Made by a program: the position numbers and the translations under genes. Source: Macrostomum lignano (taxonomy: Eukaryota). From it: a stretch of 64,000 nt of DNA. Below are positions 11,099 through 22,595 of this stretch, piece after piece. Within the stretch, counting starts at the first letter, position 1, and every line of letters starts with the position of its first letter. The stretch spans positions 39,449-103,448 of the forward strand of contig NIVC01003338.1 in NCBI GenBank assembly GCA_002269645.1. The letters are read 5' to 3'. The notes below the pieces were generated by a model. The model had not been told where the DNA came from. It made no database searches and saw nothing but the letters and a program-made list of their open reading frames with translations.

Positions 11099-13562
11099 CC
11101 CTTAGATGCCGGGTGGCTAGCAGGGCTGACCATAGCCATAGAATAGAAGGTGACAAGAAAAAAAATTGGTAGTCCATGGCCAGTGAGGCGCAGAATTGCA
11201 GCTCCTTTCCTGCCGAACATGGTCAGCTGAGCTGACCATGGAATAAATAGCGCACTCACTCAGTCTGTAGCACTCTGTAGCAACCACTAGAGCAACTTTC
11301 ATGTACTAACAATGGCACAGAAGAAAGATGCAGTTTATTGTTGAATTAATTTCGAACTATAAAGTTAAAGGGAAAGTTAAAGTTAAAGTTCAAGCAAAAG
11401 AAGATATTTGTCCAAAAGCAACAAAAAATTTATGATTTTGAGATGCAACTACATGTACGCTCGTATAGTAGCATATAATAATACAGGGAACAATATTGTG
11501 GTAGAGTGCCGCAGTTGGACATTTAATTATTTTTGTCTTAACATAAAGGTAAAAAATTAATAGTCAATGCCGAATACAAACGCGAATTATATAGTACGGC
11601 TGGTGAAAGGAGTTCTTTAATTCAGTGATTCACATGCCACCGTTCAAAGCAGGGACTTGGGCACAGTCCAGGTGCATTCGGACACACACTGCAGCAGAAC
11701 ACGGTGCGCTTCGCAGTGCCGTTGCGGTAGCACACGCGGCATCGCTTCACTGGCCTCGGGCACGATTCCCTTGGAGGCAGCTTTGATGGAAAGTGCTGCT
11801 GAGCTGCGGCCGCCGCTGGTTGCCTAGCTGCCGTTCGCTGTCTTCCTGGTCCCGTGGAGTCAACCAGTAGGGTGATACAGCTCTCCAGGAATTTGAAGAA
11901 CTGCAGCCGGCCACCGTGCTTTGAGTATACAACCCATGCATTGTGTACAAGCAGCAGGCAGAGATGAAACCCCAACTTATGAAACCACTTGTAGGTTTTG
12001 CGGCAGCTGTCGTACGGTTTCAGCATGGCATTGAGTTGGTCAACGCCTCCCATGCAGCGGTTGTACAGCAGGTTCGAGGCGCTTTTCTGCACTTGCACAG
12101 CTTCACCATTCTTGCGAATTCAGTTCGTCGCTACTTTCTGAGCTGAGCCGTGGGTGTCGATCATGAAGAATGTTTTCAAGCCGCTTTCCTTGCGCTCCAG
12201 GATTTTCATGGCCAGCACTGGCAGCTTCCTCATGAAAACTACGTCATTCAACGGCACCTGCTGACTGCGCAATGCCAACGGCACTCCACGGTTGGCTCGA
12301 ACAGTTGCTGTCAGCAGTGTGCTGCGTTCGTACAGAAAAGTCGCAAGCTGTACTGAGGCAAACCACTTGTCGATGAAAAGGTGATAGCCGAAACCGAGCA
12401 GGTCCTTGCAAAGGTGCACTACAATTTTCTCGCTTAGAGACAGCTGGTCACAACCGAGGTCGTCGCCAAAATGAGAGTTCTCTTCAGCAGTCGAATGTAC
12501 TAGAAAGTTATACAGGTAGCCAGATGCAGACTCACAGGCGCAGTACATTTTAATTCCAACTCTGGCTCTCTTCGATGGGATGTACTGCCTAAACTGAAGG
12601 CGCCCCTTGTACAGAATCAGGGACTCGTCGACGCTGACCTGCTGCTCCGGCTGGTACACATTCGCGCAGAGCTGCTGAGCCAGACGGAGCAGTGGCCGAA
12701 TCTTGTGCAGTGGGTTGTTCGAGGCGGGTGCTCGTGCATCGTAGAAATGAAGGAAGGCCAGCAGCTGCTTGAATTGGTCACGGGTCAAGCCATTGGGCGA
12801 TTGAAAAAACGGAGTACTGTGAATGACACTGGTGCTCCAGTAATCATGCAGTTCCGGCTTCCGTGAGATGCCCATGAACAGGTACATACCCAACAGCTTG
12901 GATATCTCACTGCGGTTTGTGTCCTTCCATGACTTCAGCAAGCTCGAAACATCTTCTCCATCATGTGTCGCCTGCTCATACTCAGCCCAAGCTTTTGCGT
13001 TTGTCCACTCCACGATCTTATCCAGCAGCTCATCGGTTAGAAACAGTCGTAGAAAATATTGGATGTCTTCACGGTCTTCGGGAAGGACAATGCTAGGGTT
13101 TACACCCGAAATTCCAGTGAAACTGGGGCCGTCTTCAACAATGTCTTCGCCTGGCTCCACAAACTGCCAATCAACTTCTACTTCGCTGATAGTGACTGAC
13201 TCAGACGACTCGGAGTTCTCCGCTATTCCAGCGTCACTTTCGGAGTTGGAAGTCAACAGAATATCCATATTTGGATTGATTTGAATTACATGAATAGAAT
13301 TGTACAGAATTTGGCACAGCCCTTAATATACTAAAACTGGACTGTCTATGGCCAGTCTTGTACAGTTTTGATAAGCGTGTGTGCAACCCATTCCAAATGT
13401 ACATTCTCCTTCAACCCTAGATTAGACCAGCGATGGCTGGCTTATTGGCAGGAGTGGCAGTGCAATTCAGTTCACTGAAAACTTGAAATAGTCTATGGTC
13501 AGCTCTGCTGACCATGCCAGCAGGAACGGAGCTTTCTATTTAGGAATTCAGGCTTGAAAAGG
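11099..13562 (-). mobile_element. piggyBac DNA transposon, full length (2464 bp)
   Basis: TTAA at 11095-11098 and 13563-13566; imperfect terminal repeats CCCTTAGATGCCGG / CCTTTTCAAGCCTG (9/14); inverted subterminal repeats that contain a palindrome; internal transposase. Confidence 0.9.
11622..13268 (-). pseudogene. PGBD4-like piggyBac transposase with one in-frame TGA (12120-12122)
   Basis: ORFs 12120-13268 and 11622-12098 are in the same frame. Catalytic motifs SVDESLILYKGR, LFIDKWF, YNRCMGGVD; C-terminal Cys-rich domain CRVC...CSVC...LC...CFERWH. Confidence 0.88.
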
Positions 13563-13651
13563 TTAAATATTGAAAGCATGAAAAAATTGTTTTTAAATAT
13601 TAGACTTGCTAACAAATTGATTTTTTCATTGTCTGAAATTTTAGATACCCA

Positions 13652-14225
13652 TCAAGGTCATCCCAAAAGTTCTATATATCATTGAATTACTCCTACAAAC
13701 TAATAAAAATTTTGAAAAAAACTGCACACAAACTTGCACTAATATCTACAGACAACATTGATGAATTTTCATGAAAGATCTCAATGCAATTAGAAATAAC
13801 AAGCTGAGTTGTCCAACACCTTCAGAGCAAGTAGATAGCTTTCAAATTGACTTCTTAAACTAGCAAAGTGCAGCTCATGCAGCATCACCAACTGAATAGG
13901 CAAGTGTCATAAGCAAAAGAGTAAATGAACTTGATAAGAATTCCATCATTTATTCCTGACTGATTGGCTGACTCACATGACTGGTCAATGATGCTGCATC
14001 AGCTGCACTATGCCAGTTTAATAATTCAATATAAGAGCTATCCATTTGCTCTAAAGGTGTTGGACAACCCCAGCTTGTTATTTCTAATTGCATTGAGATT
14101 TTTTCATGAAAATTCATCTATGTTGTGTGCAGATATTGGTGCAAGTTTGTGTGCACTTTCTTCAAAATTGGTTCCAGTTTGTAGGAGTAATTCAGTGATA
14201 TAGAGAACTTTTGGGATGACCCTCA
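13652..14225. mobile_element. foldback (long-TIR) MITE with mariner-type termini
   Basis: Arms at about 13652-13890 and 13990-14225 are diverged reverse complements; the right terminus reads TA|TGAGGGTCATCCCAAAAGTT on the minus strand. Confidence 0.75.
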
Positions 14226-16188
14226 TATACTTATAATGTGCCAGTAAGCAATTTCTCTTAGACTATTCTAAAATAAAAGATATGAGCAAACTGATTCAGT
14301 AGCTTTAATCTATCCAACAAAACCCTCACACACTACACCTCTCTCCTCCCACTTCATTCCTCAACTGCAGTTGCATATAGTTGCAGTTGCAACTTAGTTG
14401 CATTACTTGCAAAGATCAAAAGACTTTGCTTGCACTCTCAAAAGAGGCAACCATAGACAGAATCTTCTGTGATGATGACTTTTCGATGTCTAAGTATATA
14501 TAAGCACACTACCACAATAAGCCCCTAATGGTAGGTGTTCAAATAAAAAATTCAAACATTGAAAGCATTAAAAAGCATGTTTTTTTAATATTTGACTTAC
14601 TAACAATTCGTATAATATAAATAAATTTTATATAAATTTTATATACCAATTTGCCAAATAAATCTTAATTAATTAACCAACCCCATTAGCTACTGCCCTT
14701 ATCTGCAACTGCACCACCCAGTGTTGTATTCATAAGATAAAACAAAAGATCAGAGCAGTTTAGAAGGTTGATAAATTTCAGGCCAGCTTTTTAACCTCCT
14801 ATGCACCCACTCTTTTTATCAATTGTCTATTAGACTGGTTAGTACACAATAATAAAATTCAACCAACCACACAAATTGCCAGCCCACCATGTGAAGAGTT
14901 AAAAAACCCCTTTAGCTTTAATGTAAATTTATATTCTACATTGTACATTGGCCAAGGAAAGGCCTAAATGGTTGAACTGAACAATTTAATTTAGAAACAG
15001 AAGTGCCCATTTAAAGCATTAAATAAATTGTTTTACAAATATTTGATCCATTCATTCAAATAATTTTTATTTCTAATTTTTATTAAAAAGCTAGACAGTT
15101 CTCAAAAAAATCAATGACAGACAGACAGACAGACAAACAATGCAAAATTAGTATATAGATTTTATTAATAATGAAGGTAATAAGTAAGAATTTGTTATAT
15201 TGCATAGTCATCCTCATAAAAAAGAGATTAATTAGGCATGCAGGTAAATTAAATTTGTAATGTAACTTCTTATCAGACATTTTTGTTCTTTCTTAGTGTC
15301 TTTGGGCTTATTGACATTGTCATTAGCATTAATGATGAAATTGCTATTAACTCACAAAATCTTAATGGCATTCTGTTAATGTTAATGAAAAATCTTAACA
15401 TTTATTATTATTTATTAATAGATTAACACTTATTAATGGACTTGTGCCCAACACTGTATCATCCCTTATTTTTATAAGTATTAGGGTTTTTAAAAAAGCC
15501 ATTTTAAAAAAAAAGATGATAAGCTTGTTGGTATTTTATTTAGTAGCTAACTATGCTAAATATATTTTAGAAGCCTTTTGACAAAATGTTTTTTCTATTT
15601 TGTCAAGTTCTAATTTACTTTTTATTCTGCATTAAAAGTTTTACAACTATATATTCATTTTATTTGTACTATTTGTGACTATGATATTATCCAGTTATGG
15701 TGATCTTCCAGTTTGTTTCCTGGTTTTGTTTTCAAGTTTGAATTGGTGCTGCAACATAGTGCCATGTTAGAAAATGGTGTCTATGGTCAAAAGTAATAGG
15801 AAATGGCATTAGAAAATGCTCTAGCTTTTATATCTGATCTACTGCTTTAACTGTATATTGAACTGGCTAAATTTGCTTCTTTCCTTGGTTGTGCACCTTG
15901 TAATTTTGTTACATTTAGAAAGAGATAAAGACAGGAAGCCTTAGCTGCTTCACCATAGGCTTAGTCTCATTTAGTAGTCTTTATTATCATTATCATAAAT
16001 TATAGATATACCATGATTCTGTCGAAAACCGAGACAGCCAAACTAACCAATGGCGCAAACTAAATAGTAGTAAAGTGCATTGCTAGCAAAAGTATTTCAC
16101 AACCATGAATTATTTGTAACTTTGTATTTGCATTGCTTTTTGCCGCAAACTGCTGCTGCGCCATCTCGCACGCGCAGACTAAAAGCCA

Positions 16189-16871
16189 ATGGGAGCCTTC
16201 CTTGACAAGCCTAAGATTGACAAGCAAAATGACAGCGGGGAGGGCAACGGCCTGACCTACGGCCTGTCCAGCATGCAGGGCTGGCGCATCGAGATGGAGG
16301 ACGCCCACTGCGCCGTCACCGGCCTGCCCGGCAACCTGGCCAAGTGGTCCTTCTTTGCCGTGTTTGACGGCCACGCGGGCGCCCGCATCAGCGCCCACTG
16401 CGCCCAGCAGCTGCTCAACGCCATCGTTGAGACTGACGACTTCAAGAAGCTGGACCCGGACGCCGTGCCGCCGTTTGAGGACGTGCAGCGGGGCATCCGT
16501 GACGGCTTCCTGAACCTGGACAGCAAGATGCGCAAAATTCCCGAGGTGGAACTCGGCCAGGACAAGAGCGGTAGCACCGCCGTGTGCGTCCTCATCAGCC
16601 CGCACCACATCTACTTCGCCAACTGCGGCGACTCCCGCGGCATCCTGGTGCGCGACGGCAAGGTGGCCTTGGCCACCATGGACCACAAGCCCATCAACCC
16701 GGTTGAGAAGGAGCGCATTCAGAACGCCGGCGGCTCCGTCATGATCCAGCGGGTCAACGGCTCCCTGGCCGTCAGCCGGTCACTTGGCGACTACGACTAC
16801 AAGAATGTTTGCGGGCGGGGGCCCACCGAGCAGCTGGTGTCTCCCGAGCCTGAGATTTTCTCAGAGTCCAG
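16189..16871 (+). CDS. PPM1A: PP2C-family phosphatase PPM1A/B-like, exon 1
   Basis: MGAFLDKP (Gly2 myristoylation-type start), [51 protein letters not shown]; phase-2 donor AG|GTAAAT. PPM1A versus PPM1B cannot be resolved. Confidence 0.95.
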
Positions 16872-16959
16872 GTAAATCGCTGCCTAGCTTGGCCCGTTAA
16901 TTTGTCACCAGAATCAAGTGACTTGCTTCTGCATTCGGTCTTGAGATGGCGGCTTTTAT

Positions 16960-18612
16960 TAGCTGATCCCAATTCCCAGGTGACTAAGCCTCAGCTGATC
17001 CCAATCCTCAGGTGGCTAAGTATCAGCTGATCCCAATCCTCAGGTTGCTAAGCATCAGCTGATCCCAATTCTCAGGTGACTAAGCATCAGCTGATCCCAA
17101 TTCCCAGGTGACTAAGCATCAGCTGATCCCAATTCTCAGGCTAAGCATCAGCTGATCCCAATCCTCAGGTTGCTAAGCATCAGCTGATCCCAATTCTCAA
17201 GCTAAGCATCAGCTGATCTCAATTCTCAGGTGGCTAAGCATCAGCTGATCCCAATTCTCAGGCTAAGCATCAGCTGATCCCAATCCTCAGGCTAAGCATC
17301 AGCTGATCCCAATTCTCAGGCTAAGCATCAGCTGATCCCAATTCTCAGGCTAAGAATCAGCTGATCCCAATTCTCAGGTGACTAAGCATCAGCTGATCCC
17401 AATTCTCAGGCTAAGCATCAGCTGATCCCAATCCTCAGGAAGCTAAGCATCAGCTGATCTCAATCCTCAGGTGACTAAGCATCAGCTGATCCCAATTCCC
17501 AGGTGACTAAGCATTAGCTGATCCCAATCCTCAGGTGGCTAAGCATCAGCTGATCCCATTCTCAGGTAGCTAAGCATCAGCTGATCTCAATCCTCAGGTG
17601 GCTAAGCATCAGCTGATCCCAATTCTCAGGCTAAGCATCAGCTGATCCCAATTCTCAGGTAGCTAAGCATCAGCTGATCCCAATCCTCAGGTTGCTAAGC
17701 ATCAGCTGATCCCAATTCTCAGGTGACTAAGCATCAGCTGATCCCAATTCTCAGGCTAAGCATCAGCTGATCCCAATTCTCAAGCTAAGCATCAGCTGAT
17801 CTCAATTCTCAGGTGGCTAAGCATCAGCTGATCCCAATTCTCAGGCTAAGCATCAGCTGATCCCAATCCTCAGGCTAAGCATCAGCTGATCCCAATTCTC
17901 AGGCTAAGCATCAGCTGATCCCAATTCTCAGGCTAAGAATCAGCTGATCCCAATTCTCAGGTGACTAAGCATCAGCTGATCCCAATTCTCAGGCTAAGCA
18001 TCAGCTGATCCCAATCCTCAGGAAGCTAAGCATCAGCTGATCTCAATCCTCAGGTGACTAAGCATCAGCTGATCCCAATTCCCAGGTGACTAAGCATTAG
18101 CTGATCCCAATCCTCAGGTGGCTAAGCATCAGCTGATCCCAATTCTCAGGTAGCTAAGCATCAGCTGATCTCAATCCTCAGGTGGCTAAGCATCAGCTGA
18201 TCCCAATTCTCAGGCTAAGCATCAGCTGATCCCAATTCTCAGGTAGCTAAGCATCAGCTGATCTCAATCCTCAGAAAGCTAAGCATCAGCTGATCCCAAT
18301 TCTCAGGTGGCTAAGCATCAGCTGATCCCAATTCTCAGGTGACTAAGCATCAGCTGATCCCAATCCTCAGGTGACTAAGCATTAGCTGATCCCAATTCTC
18401 AGGCTAAGCATCAGCTGATCCCAATCCTCAGGTGGCTAAGCATCAGCTGATCCCAATCCTCAGGAAGCTAAGCATCAGCTGATCTCAATCCTCAGGAAGC
18501 TAAGCATCAGCTGATCCCAATTCTGAGGTGGCTAAGCATCAGCTGATCCCAATTCTCAGGTGGCTAAGCATCAGCTGATCCCAATTCTCAGGTGGCTAAG
18601 CATCAGCTGATA
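16960..18612. repeat. 29/32-bp minisatellite (PPM1 intron 1)
   Basis: CTAAGCATCAGCTGATCCCAATTCTCAGG(TGA); contains a 583-bp block duplication. Confidence 0.95.
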
Positions 18613-18987
18613 CCAGTGTAATCCTAAATGCTTAATTTTTATGCCGCTTTCTCAAAGCTCAGCTCCCCCAGGCGCTAATAGCCTCTTGTCCGCCATCTAT
18701 CTGATCCTCTAGGCCTGTCATTATTGGTTAATAAATCGCATTAAAATCCCACATTTTCTCTGTTGTATTCTTCAAATTTGGCTTCCCCAATCCTGGGCGA
18801 ATTTCCGGCTTGCCTCAGCCTTTCTGCATTGTGCAGGCACAGTGAGGACTGCTTTTTAGTTAACGCTTTCGTAGGCAGCTCCTTTTAGTAAGCAGTTTAT
18901 AAAAATCTGGCTAAATTTTACCTGAAAAAATATAAATCGCAAGAATACAGAAATTGCTAGAGTAGGGATGGGGGCCTTTGGAGTCGC

Positions 18988-19185
18988 CCAGGTGGGGAAT
19001 TCAGCGTCTACACAGTGGGGAATTCAGCGTCTACAAGGTGGGGAATTCAGCGTCTACAAGGTGGGGAATTCAGCATCTACACGGTGGGGAATTCAGCGTC
19101 TACAAGGTGGGGAATTCAGCGTCTATATGATGGGGAATTCAGCGTCTACACGGTGGGGAATTCAGCGTCTACAAGGTGGGGTATT
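18988..19185. repeat. 23-bp minisatellite (PPM1 intron 1)
   Basis: GGTGGGGAATTCAGCGTCTACAA. Confidence 0.9.
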
Positions 19186-19269
19186 CAGCCGCGAACCAGG
19201 CAGGAGATTCTGCATTACCGCAACAAGGACTGAGCGTCAAACTCGTAAAACCACTCACCCCAACGTCAG

Positions 19270-19647
19270 GGACGACAAAGACCAGTTCATCGTGCTCGCC
19301 TGCGACGGAATCTGGGACGTGATGACGAACGAGGAGCTCTGCAGCTTCGTGCTGGACCGGGCCCGCGTGCGGAATTCCCTGTCCGCCGTCTGTGACGATG
19401 TGGTGGACACCTGCCTGCACAAGGGCAGCCGCGACAACATGAGCGTCATCATCATCGCCTTCGACAAGGCGCACTCCGTTGACGAAGCGGCCGTGGCGCG
19501 GGACAAGGCGCTGGACCGCCTCATCGAGACCAAGGTGACGGAGAAGATGAACGAGAACTCCAAGATCGACCTTATGGAGCTGCTGTGCCAGCTGCAGGCC
19601 TCCATCAACGCCGAGGACCTGCCGCCCGGCGGTGGCCTGGCAGCAAA
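19270..19647 (+). CDS. PPM1A: PPM1A/B-like exon 2
   Basis: GTCAG|G completes the Arg codon, then [18 protein letters not shown]...KGSRDNMS...LPPGGGLAA; phase-2 donor AA|GTAAGG. Confidence 0.93.
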
Positions 19648-19659
19648 GTAAGGAGAGCG

Positions 19660-19707
19660 TCTGTGTGTGTCTGTCTGTCTGTCTGTCTGTGTCTGTATGT
19701 CTGTCTG

Positions 19708-19754
<47 letters not shown>

Positions 19755-19793
19755 GTCTGTCTCTGGCTGTCTGTGTGTCTGTCTGTCTGTCTG

Positions 19794-19848
<55 letters not shown>

Positions 19849-19869
19849 GTCTGTCTCTGTCTGTCTGTG

Positions 19870-19912
<43 letters not shown>

Positions 19913-19945
19913 GTCTGTCTGTCTGTCTATTTGTCTGTCTGTCTG

Positions 19946-19980
<35 letters not shown>

Positions 19981-19997
19981 GTCTGTATGTCTGTCTG

Positions 19998-20040
<43 letters not shown>

Positions 20041-20061
20041 GTCTGTCTCTGTCTGTCTGTG

Positions 20062-20120
<59 letters not shown>

Positions 20121-20201
20121 GTCTGTCTCTGTCTGTCTGTGTGTCTGTCTGTGTGTCTGTCTGTCTGTGTCTGTCTCTGTCTGTCTGTCTGTCTGTCTGT
20201 G

Positions 20202-20236
<35 letters not shown>

Positions 20237-20301
20237 GTCTGTCTCTGTCTGTCTGTGTGTCTGTCTGTCTGTCTGTCTGTGTGTCTGTCTGTCTGTCTGT
20301 G

Positions 20302-20336
<35 letters not shown>

Positions 20337-20337
20337 G

Positions 20338-20372
<35 letters not shown>

Positions 20373-20405
20373 GTCTGTCTCTGTCTGTCTGTCTGTCTGT
20401 CTGTG

Positions 20406-20440
<35 letters not shown>

Positions 20441-20482
20441 GTCTGTCTCTGTCTGTCTGTGTGTCTGTCTGTCTGTCTGTCT
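19660..20482. repeat. (CTGT)n compound microsatellite (PPM1 intron 2)
   Basis: About 820 bp of CTGT/GT variants. Confidence 0.97.
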
Positions 20483-20541
20483 ACCTGCCTTTATCCATCC
20501 CGCACTGCACAGCCAGCCTCACTGAACAATTTGCCTTGCAG

Positions 20542-20602
20542 GAAGGCCCTGGTGGAGAGCCTGTACCAGAAGTGGAACCCAGAATACGAGTCCTACGATT
20601 AG
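20542..20602 (+). CDS. PPM1A: PPM1A/B-like exon 3 (stop)
   Basis: TTGCAG|G then [19 protein letters not shown]. The three exons sum to 1122 nt = 373 aa plus stop. Confidence 0.85.
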
Positions 20603-21164
20603 AGCAGCGCCAACTAGCCAGCGGGTGAGTGCCAGCGCCGCTTCTGCTCTGTCACGCAGCCCCACAGCCTGACCGGACCCCCCCCCCCGCATCTCCCCAT
20701 TGCAGCGAGGCGCCCGAGGGAGCGTCCCCGAATCCGTGTTTCTGTTTGCTCGCTCCGCCGCCGTAATATAGCAGACTTTTATACATATTGAAATTACATA
20801 ATACTTGCGTTAGTAACCGATGCATACCAGTTTACTATTACTATAATATTAATCTGTTTCCTCACTCCGCTCCTCTGTGCTGCACCCATAGAATTGTTCT
20901 GCTCCATCGTTTGTTTGCTGATTTGTTTGCTCTTCTTCTGCCTCTCCATCTCTCATGCTTACTAATCTACCGCACTAAATACTACTCACTGTTGCTAGCT
21001 AGCTAGTAGTGCAGCGCGGGCATTGCCGCGTCTGATGTAATTCCAGCCCCGGCCCGGCGGTCACAGCCCTGTTGATTTTTACCCCGAGCTGCCGAACTGA
21101 ATTCTTTTCCCCCATTTTTATCGCCCATTTCGATTGTCGCATCGTTTTTATTCCGAGAGCTCGG

Positions 21165-22595
21165 GTTTTGAGTGATTTAGCAATTGAGCTGGGTTTTGAG
21201 TGATTTAGCTTGAGCTGGGTTTTGAGTGATTTAGCTTGAGCTGGGTTTTGAGTGATTTAGCAATTGAGCTGGGTTTTGAGTGATTTAGCAATTGAGCTGG
21301 GTTTTGAGTGATTTAGCTTGAGCTGGGTTTTGAGTGATTTAGCAATTGAGCTGGGTTTTGAGTGATTTAGCTTGAGCTGGGTTTTGAGTGATTTAGCTTG
21401 AGCTGGGTTTTGAGTGATTTAGCTTGAGCTGGGTTTTGAGTGATTTAGCTTGAGCTGGGTTTTGAGTGATTTAGCTTGAGCTGGGTTTTGGGTGATTTAG
21501 CTTGAGCTGGGTTTTGAGTGATTTAGCAATTAAGCTGGGTTTTGGGTGATTTAGCAATTGAGCTGGGTTGTGAGTGATTTAGCAATTAAGCTGGGTTTTG
21601 AGTGATTTAGCAATTGAGCTGGGTTTTGAGTGATTTAGCAATTAAGCTGGGTTTTGGGTGATTTAGCAATTGAGCTGGGTTGTGAGTGATTTAGCAATTA
21701 AGCTGGGTTTTGGGTGATTTAGCAATTGAGCTGGGTTTTGAGTGATTTAGCAATTGAGCTGGGTTTTGAGTGATTTAGCAATTGAGCTGGGTTTTGAGTG
21801 ATTTAGCAATTGAGCTGGGTTGTGAGTGATTTAGCAATTAAGCTGGGTTTTGGGTGATTTAGCAATTGAGCTGGGTTGTGAGTGATTTAGCAATTAAGCT
21901 GGGTTTTGGGTGATTTAGCAATTGAGCTGGGTTGTGAGTGATTTAGCAATTGAGCTGGGTTTTGGGTGATTTAGCAATTGAGCTGGGTTTTGAGTGATTT
22001 AGCAATTGAGCTGGGTTTTGGGTGATTTAGCAATTGAGCTGGGTTGTGAGTGATTTAGCAATTGAGCTGGGTTGTGAGTGATTTAGCAATTGAGCTGGGT
22101 TGTGAGTGATTTAGCAATTGAGCTGGGTTGTGAGTGATTTAGCAATTGAGCTGGGTTGTGAGTGATTTAGCAATTGAGCTGGGTTGTGAGTGATTTAGCA
22201 ATTGAGCTGGGTTGTGAGTGATTTAGCAATTGAGCTGGGTTGTGAGTGATTTAGCAATTGAGCTGGGTTTTGAGTGATTTAGCAATTGAGCTGGGTTTTG
22301 GGTGATTTAGCAATTGAGCTGGGTTGTGAGTGATTTAGCAATTGAGCTGGGTTGTGAGTGATTTAGCAATTAAGCTGGGTTTTGGGTGATTTAGCAATTG
22401 AGCTGGGTTGTGAGTGATTTAGCAATTGAGCTGGGTTTTGGGTGATTTAGCAATTGAGCTGGGTTGTGAGTGATTTAGCAATTGAGCTGGGTTGTGAGTG
22501 ATTTAGCAATTAAGCTGGGTTTTGGGTGATTTAGCAATTGAGCTGGGTTGTGAGTGATTTAGCAATTGAGCTGGGTTGTGAGTGATTTAGCTTGA
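21165..22595. repeat. 26/28-bp minisatellite
   Basis: GAGCTGGGTTTTGAGTGATTTAGC(AA)TT. Confidence 0.95.

Noticed and set aside
11622-13268. Domesticated PGBD host gene
   Set aside because: It retains TTAA TSDs and both ends and carries a nonsense codon, which fits a transposon copy.
16060-16686. Antisense ORFs over PPM1, TBL1 and LINE coding regions
   Set aside because: Typical shadows of GC3-rich coding sequence, with no recognisable motifs.
19585-20628. Long ORFs such as (CLSV)n, and those at 758-1630, 38290-39619, 39647-40269, 45729-46631, 47969-48546 and 51879-52469
   Set aside because: They are stop-free translations of micro/minisatellites, open in several frames and lying inside introns or spacers.
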